From positions 108,952 through 172,951 of the forward strand of contig NIVC01002192.1 of the NCBI GenBank assembly GCA_002269645.1: a stretch of 64,000 nt of DNA. The letters run 5' to 3'. The translations under genes and the position numbers were made by a program. This document shows positions 58,611-64,000 of the stretch, piece by piece. Under the pieces are notes generated by a model. It saw only the letters and a program-made list of their open reading frames with translations. It was not told where the DNA came from and ran no database searches. Origin of the DNA: Macrostomum lignano. Lineage: Eukaryota. Position 1 is the first letter of the stretch; every line of letters starts with the position of its first letter.

Positions 58611-58990
58611 ATGCCAATTATTTTCGAAAAAGACATTGACAAATACTACGACAAAGAGGAACTTAATCTCATTAAACGCGGATCTGGACTTTTCCCTGCA
58701 GGCCACTATCCAAGAAAAGAACGTTCTGGGAACGGTCTTGCCGATTTGATCGCTCAGGGGCCAAGATTTTTAAGGTCATTGGAGAGAACAAAGAGAACAT
58801 CAAGAACGTTGCCGAAGCGGCTGGCAGTGTAGCCACAGCAGCCAAAAAGATTAAAGATACGGTTAATGAAACCCGGAAATCAATACCAGATATTCAACCC
58901 CTTGCACCGAGTGCAGATAGTGTCGATCCAGCCATCTACGCAAAGATGAGAGCTGAATATAAGAAAGGAGGCGGTTTTAAATTTGACTAA
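58611..58990 (+). CDS. Small basic putative core protein with GxG/GGG motifs (one homopolymer frameshift near 58758)
   Basis: MPIIFEK...KRGSGLF...RSGNGLADLIAQG[A]KIFKVIGENKENIKNVAEAAGSVATAAKKIKDT...YKKGGGFKFD*. Confidence 0.6.
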
Positions 58991-59186
58991 TTTGGTGCAC
59001 CCTGACGGTAAAAGAGGTGTGAGGGTGTAGGACTAGTCGGATGTAGGACTAGTCGAAAAAAGACACACACAACCCGAAAAAAGACACACACATCCCGCAA
59101 AGAGACACACACATACACATCCCGAAAAAAGACACACGCGTCTTAAATACACAAGTTTAAAAAGAAAAAGTTTTTTTACATAAAAA

Positions 59187-59984
59187 ATGGACTTCACAAA
59201 CGACTTTCATCCCCACTGGACACGCAATCAGATAAAATTTGCTCACAACGAGATAATTTCAGGGCACTTCCGATGCATTGTTGTTGGCTCATCTGGGTCA
59301 GGGAAAACCTTCAGAGTTTTTAACATGCTCCTCAGACCTGGATTCCTCGATTATGACACACTACATATCTATTCACCCACTCTGTATCAAGATGAGTATA
59401 AAATGCTAGTAGCGGGCCTACAGAACAAACTCAACAAGGAAGATATTATTCAATGTTTTAGACATCAAAAAGACCTCAACAGCAACCCGGAAGTTGTAGC
59501 CACTGAATACGCAAAGCACATCCCAGACAATGAAAAATGGCAAAAATTAAAGTTTTCACTTATGGAGATCCACAGATAGATCCTAAAACTAAACTCTTAC
59601 CTCAACCTGATGAACTAGAAAAGGGGAGAAAGCACCTGATTGTCTTCGATGACTGCATGACCGGTCCCAGAAACAGATAGAAAATTATTTCACCCGGGTA
59701 GACACAATAACTGCAATGTTATTTACATTGCCCAAAACTGGTTTGAACTGCCAAATAAAACAATTAGAGGTAACTGTAATTTGATTCTCCTTTTCCCAAC
59801 CATACCACAGGATCGACTGAAACGATTTTATAATGAGGTCATTGCCCCAGCTCACATTACATATCCAGCTAAGAACTCTAACAGAACAATATCACAGGAG
59901 GAATTTGTTAACATATGCTATGAAAAGTGGAACCAACCCTATCAGTTTGTCATGATTAATAAGGAGAAAAGAATTTTAATTTAA
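59187..59984 (+). CDS. A32-like (FtsK-HerA) genome-packaging ATPase, three single-base frameshifts
   Basis: Walker A GSSGSGKT, Walker B HLIVFDD, FTRGRHNNCNVIYIAQNWFELP, TIRGNCN. Confidence 0.9.
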
Positions 59985-59999
59985 TTTTTCATTTAAAAA

Positions 60000-60809
60000 A
60001 TGTCTATTAATTTTGCAGGTGAATCAACTACAGGCAACAGCACTCTCACAACTTCCTTCCTTGACAAGCGCTACATTAACACTGATGAGGAGATCCCAGA
60101 GATCAAACTGAATAAAAACAGACTGAAAGCCCTAGAGCGCTCCATGCACCAGTTGCAAATAAACATGGAAGATCTCAGGCTTAAAGTAGCTAGGCAGAAG
60201 TTTGAAAGTGATAAGCTTTATGTGCCGTTGTTAAACGCAACTAATGAACTTAGGTCAGAAATAACTTCGGCAGTCTCGCAAATCAACGGCTTAAGATCGA
60301 CAGTTAATCTTCTGGGAAATTCCACTGATAGACGGATGCGTATTTTTGAAGGAGGAGTTTTCACAAACACAGCTAAAGTAAATAATTTAGAAGAGTTCAT
60401 GAACCAGTCAACAGTGTTGCATGATAGAATTAAAGAAAACGTCGCAACCAACACAGTTAAAGTAAATAATTTAGAAGAGTTCATGAACCAGTCAACAGCG
60501 TTGCATGATCGAATCAAAGAAAGACTTGAAGCATTAGAGAGAAGCGATGTATCACACAGTAGCTATCTAAACGGAATGTATAGCTCCTGGGGTAAAATAC
60601 TAAGGAGGCTTGATCGTCTGGAGAGAACACTCAATCTTCGTGACATTGCTATTGATGAAGCAGAATCTGCTGCTCGTCCGGTCATGTCTACAGATCGAGT
60701 AGAAGGAGCTCTGGACCCCGCCGGAGTAATCCGGCACGCTCTCAAACGTCAGCCGCCCAGCCGCTGCCTGCTGGACTCGCGATCCTCCGGCGTCACGAGA
60801 GCCGCCTAG
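60000..60809 (+). CDS. Coiled-coil protein (fibre/spike-like?) with an internal 24-aa duplication
   Basis: Heptad pattern; NT(A/V)KVNNLEEFMNQST(V/A)LHDRIKE occurs twice. Confidence 0.55.
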   Translation: MSINFAGESTTGNSTLTTSFLDKRYINTDEEIPEIKLNKNRLKALERSMHQLQINMEDLRLKVARQKFESDKLYVPLLNATNELRSEITSAVSQINGLRSTVNLLGNSTDRRMRIFEGGVFTNTAKVNNLEEFMNQSTVLHDRIKENVATNTVKVNNLEEFMNQSTALHDRIKERLEALERSDVSHSSYLNGMYSSWGKILRRLDRLERTLNLRDIAIDEAESAARPVMSTDRVEGALDPAGVIRHALKRQPPSRCLLDSRSSGVTRAA

Positions 60810-60900
60810 ACAACCGGCGGTGCAGATGGAATTATCAAAAAGAAAACAGATCTTTAACCGGATAGTTTTATAATTTTTTTTTATTTTTTCTAGGGAAAAA

Positions 60901-61631
60901 ATGGCCCAACAAAATTCTCTATACGATCAGTCTCAATACGCTGAACCTAAAATACCGACAGCACCAAACCCAATGGCACCGAATTCGAACACACAAAGCC
61001 TGAATGCACCGAATCTGAATGCACCTCAATATGAGCAACAAAAACTCTACCCGTCATTACTTGTAACTCTCAGCAGTTTCGACTAGTGGAGATTCAAAAA
61101 ATGCGAGATGATCTTGAAAAAAATATTTTCCACAACACAAAAGAAAATTAAGCGCTATGAAGCCACTGTAAATTTTTCGACTACAGCAATATGATTCTAG
61201 GATCTGTGTGTGTTCTAACTGGGTCTGCTGCAGCTGTCTCAGTGTTGCCAGTCATCACAGCCCCAATCGCAATCCCGCTCGGCTCTGCTGGTGCTGCATG
61301 TGGACTTATTTCAGCAATTACTGGAGCATTAGCGCGAAACAGGCGAAAAAAACTAAAGCAGCTACAGGAGAAGCAAGTAAAAGAGAAAGGGGTGCACACT
61401 TCAATCATAGGTTACATTTCAAGGGCAATCGAGGATAAGTTCATTTCAGAGGATGAGTTCAAAACCATTCAGGATCTTTATGAACAATCAATTCGAATGA
61501 ACTTGAACATGGTCGGTACTGATGACATGAGTCAGCTGAGAAATGAACTCGAGAAAGTTCTTCAACATTATGCGGAAAAAAAGTCGGCAAGAAATTCGGC
61601 AAGAAGGACAACGAGAAATACACCACAATGA
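60901..61631 (+). CDS. Hydrophobic-hairpin membrane-associated Maverick protein (frameshifted 5' part)
   Basis: Gly/Ala-rich hydrophobic segments (ILGSVCVLTGSAAAVSVLPVITAPIAIPLGSAGAACGLISAITGAL), a basic patch, and ISRAIEDKFISEDEF. Confidence 0.6.
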
Positions 61632-62036
61632 ACCCCTATGAAACACAGCCAAGAATAATTTCCTTGTAGGTCTTTCGTGTTTGGTCATTGCATACAAAAC
61701 AGTCATGCACAGCTCACCGCAAATATCACTGCTAAGACCTTGGAGAATAAAGTCTGAGCGATAAATTTTTTTATTATTTTTTCCCTTCATATAATTTCTT
61801 AGCTCTTCTGGTACTGCCGTCCCATAGCTATCGAAGTAATAACACTTGTGCTTGCGATCGGGATCAATCACCCAGCAAACCCAATGAGATCCTGGCTTAT
61901 CGGTGGTGTCAAAGTTCATGATGCCGCATTCCTTTCTTAGAGGAAAATCAGGCAGAGTGTCCCTCATAAATATTCCTCTAAAGTTTGGGATTTCCAGTTC
62001 GTTAGCCAAATCTTCCAGAAAGTTATTTGTCGTCAT
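61488..62036 (-). CDS. Adenain/Ulp1-like cysteine maturation protease
   Basis: Catalytic triad motifs GSHWVCW, YFDSYG, QGLSSDICGELC. The 3' end is probably frameshifted. Confidence 0.9.
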   Translation of the reverse strand: MTTNNFLEDLANELEIPNFRGIFMRDTLPDFPLRKECGIMNFDTTDKPGSHWVCWVIDPDRKHKCYYFDSYGTAVPEELRNYMKGKNNKKIYRSDFILQGLSSDICGELCMTVLYAMTKHERPTRKLFLAVFHRGSLWCISRCPSCRISCRLFFRIMLKNFLEFISQLTHVISTDHVQVHSN

Positions 62037-62115
62037 TTTTATGTTATTTTTATGAGTTTTATTAAACTTTCTCTTAAACCTAAACCCAATCTCCTAATCT
62101 CCTAAACCCAATCTC

Positions 62116-64000
62116 CTAAACCCAACTCCCACCTCCTAAACCTAATCTCCAGTGCCCGAACGGTAGACTGTTGATATTGTCATCAAAAATGAATCTCTTG
62201 TTATCTGCACCAGACAGTCCAATCTTCTTTTGCCGAATTGTGTGAATAATATGGTTTTTGGATTGTAGCTTTGAGAACTCATGAGATGTCTTTTTGTTGC
62301 AATTCAAGGCGTCTCTGTATTCAGCTTCATTAATTTCCTTCCTAACCACACGTTTCGGAATTCCCTTTGATTTTTTAATTGGGTCTGACGACTCACATTT
62401 TACAAAATAGGACTTTGCTCTCAACCAATGAATTCAGTGATTATGTCACCAGCAATCTCGTCCTTCATTTTCCCAATCACTTTCTTGTTAGTGCGTCAAA
62501 CACTTGATCGCCATTCTGTGTCCTGCAAGATTCATCATACTCAGACAAGTCAAACAAATCTTTTTGCTGCAGCATGTCCTGATAAATGTCTTCTGTTTGA
62601 ATGTCCATAATAAAACTGTCTGTGTCGTGTACAAGAGTTTCATTTTATCCTTGTACTGCTGCTTCATGCCATAGAAGAATGGTACATCAGACGTTTTGAT
62701 TCGTCGAGAACAGTGACACCTGTATAGATCGGCTTGCGCAGCGTCACCTTGGTTTTGTAAAATATGATCACACCTAAGTAGCTATTAAAGATATGGAGTT
62801 CTTTGAATGTTGGCTTTGACATATTTGCCTGAATAACAGCAGGCTCTGATGAGGTAACAAGTTTCAGGTTTGTTCTTTTCCGCTCATTCTCAAGAGTCTT
62901 GCCATAGACAGAGTTGTTGGCTAACTTAAAGAGGTTCTTGTCAAAGTCGTTGGTTGCTTTGGTCCTAAACTGGGTGTTCTTATCAATGTAGGGTTTCATC
63001 CACGCTTCCTCTGTAAATGTAAGAGCCCGTGAACTTTGGTGACCCTGCAACCAAGTGAGATAAAATACTGAAGCAGTTTGTAATGGATTTTGTAACGTGT
63101 CTTGTTGTTTAGATTCTGTGTTAGTTTTTCTGTATGTTCTTTTTCTGTTCCTGACAGGTGCCAAGTTCCATTATCATTGGGAGTTTCGATTATTTTCGGG
63201 CACTTGATGTTCTCTGGAAGGGTGGAAAGTCAGAGAAATAGTCGTGAAGCTCTGGTGGAATGTAAACATCAACCTCATAAATGGCAGCCAATGAAAAGTC
63301 CCACTTTAGTTCTGATGAGGGTAGCCATCGAAAATCTCTAACTGGAAGATCTTGACTCATCGCCCACCCGTAGAGATTATTAGCGTCCAAGTAAGTAATG
63401 TAGTTTGAGGCTGCTCCTTATTGTAAGATTCAATGTAGGGATTGTTTGCTTTTGCATACCTGTTAACGCAAATTGAGATCCCCCTCGCTTTGACGATTCG
63501 ACAAAATTGTAATGTCAATGTCTGTAAGAAGTTCAATGTACCAATCTGGATCTTGATCCCATTTCATTTTAAGCAAAGATTCCCAGCTAGTGGCAGGCAG
63601 AGACACATAATGTGCTGGATCGAGGCCATATGCTGTGTACCAGGTGTATCTGAAGGTTTCAAACACATCGGCCAGCAGAAACACATCTGTGAAGAGGTAA
63701 AGCAGGTGATACTGGAAGAAGTTTTGACAATTAAAGTAATTATAGACATGCTTCGCGTGCTCATAGTCTTTGTCAGAGATTCCAGAGTCTGTTAGCTTTG
63801 AAAAGAACTTCTCCTGTGGTGGTAAACCTTCTTCAAATACGTGATACCAGTAATATTTCATAGGGGTAGAAGCCTTTGGTTCTCAGGAGTTTAAATGATT
63901 CATCACTGTTGTAAATTTTACTTGCAAACATCTTTGTATATGTACATTGTTCATCTTTTAGATTCTTGCTTAGTTCGTCTAGACTGGCAGCTAGAAATTG
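62116..64000 (-). CDS. polB: Protein-primed family B DNA polymerase, 5'-partial, fragmented by single-base frameshifts
   Basis: YLDANNLYGWAM (motif A), FKLANNSVYGKT (motif B), LLYT[D]TDSF (motif C, one G missing near 62626), GKMKDE, KSKGI, TPR/exo-region LLADVFETFR. Confidence 0.93.

Larger units (their letters stand above)
53320..64000. mobile_element. Maverick/Polinton (adintovirus-like) endogenous dsDNA virus; continues past the right edge, left boundary approximate
   Basis: Intronless, compact, AT-richer cluster encoding pPolB, adenain-type protease, A32/FtsK-HerA ATPase and adjacent putative major and minor jelly-roll capsid genes. Confidence 0.92.

Noticed and set aside
53320-64000. 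Bacterial or phage contamination as the source of the intronless AT-rich block
   Set aside because: The gene set (pPolB, adenain, A32 ATPase, jelly-roll capsids) is diagnostic of eukaryotic Polintons, and there are no Shine-Dalgarno-type starts.

Overview
Eukaryotic (animal) genomic DNA. GC-rich exons, minisatellite-filled introns and ~76-80 bp minimal introns suggest a flatworm such as Macrostomum (inference). Left to right: (1) 1-8270, the 3' part of a Ty3/gypsy LTR retrotransposon (repeat-expanded gag, PR, RT-RH, IN, polypurine tract, 3' LTR). It carries an extra intronless J-domain (DnaJ/Hsp40, HPD motif) ORF in the env position, preceded by a splice acceptor. (2) 8407-32164 (-), 31 exons of a laminin alpha (alpha3B/5, LanA type) gene; the retroelement sits in one intron, a related solo LTR in another, and 23 of 31 introns carry their own tandem repeat. 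(3) ~34000-39544 (+), a nervy/MTG8/RUNX1T1 co-repressor gene (TAFH, NHR2, NHR3, MYND). (4) 41595-46332 (-), a SEC23IP/DDHD2-like gene whose lipase motif lacks the catalytic Ser. (5) A decayed mariner. (6) 50610-52132 (-), a secreted protein with an ALK/LTK-type glycine-rich domain and no kinase. (7) ~53320-64000, a Maverick/Polinton (adintovirus-like) endogenous virus with minor and major capsid, A32-like ATPase, adenain protease and pPolB. Nearly all frameshifts examined in both mobile elements are single-base losses, mostly in homopolymers, so they may be intact. Most long ORFs in the supplied track are artefacts of tandem repeats. Best novelty candidate: the J-domain-bearing retrotransposon.
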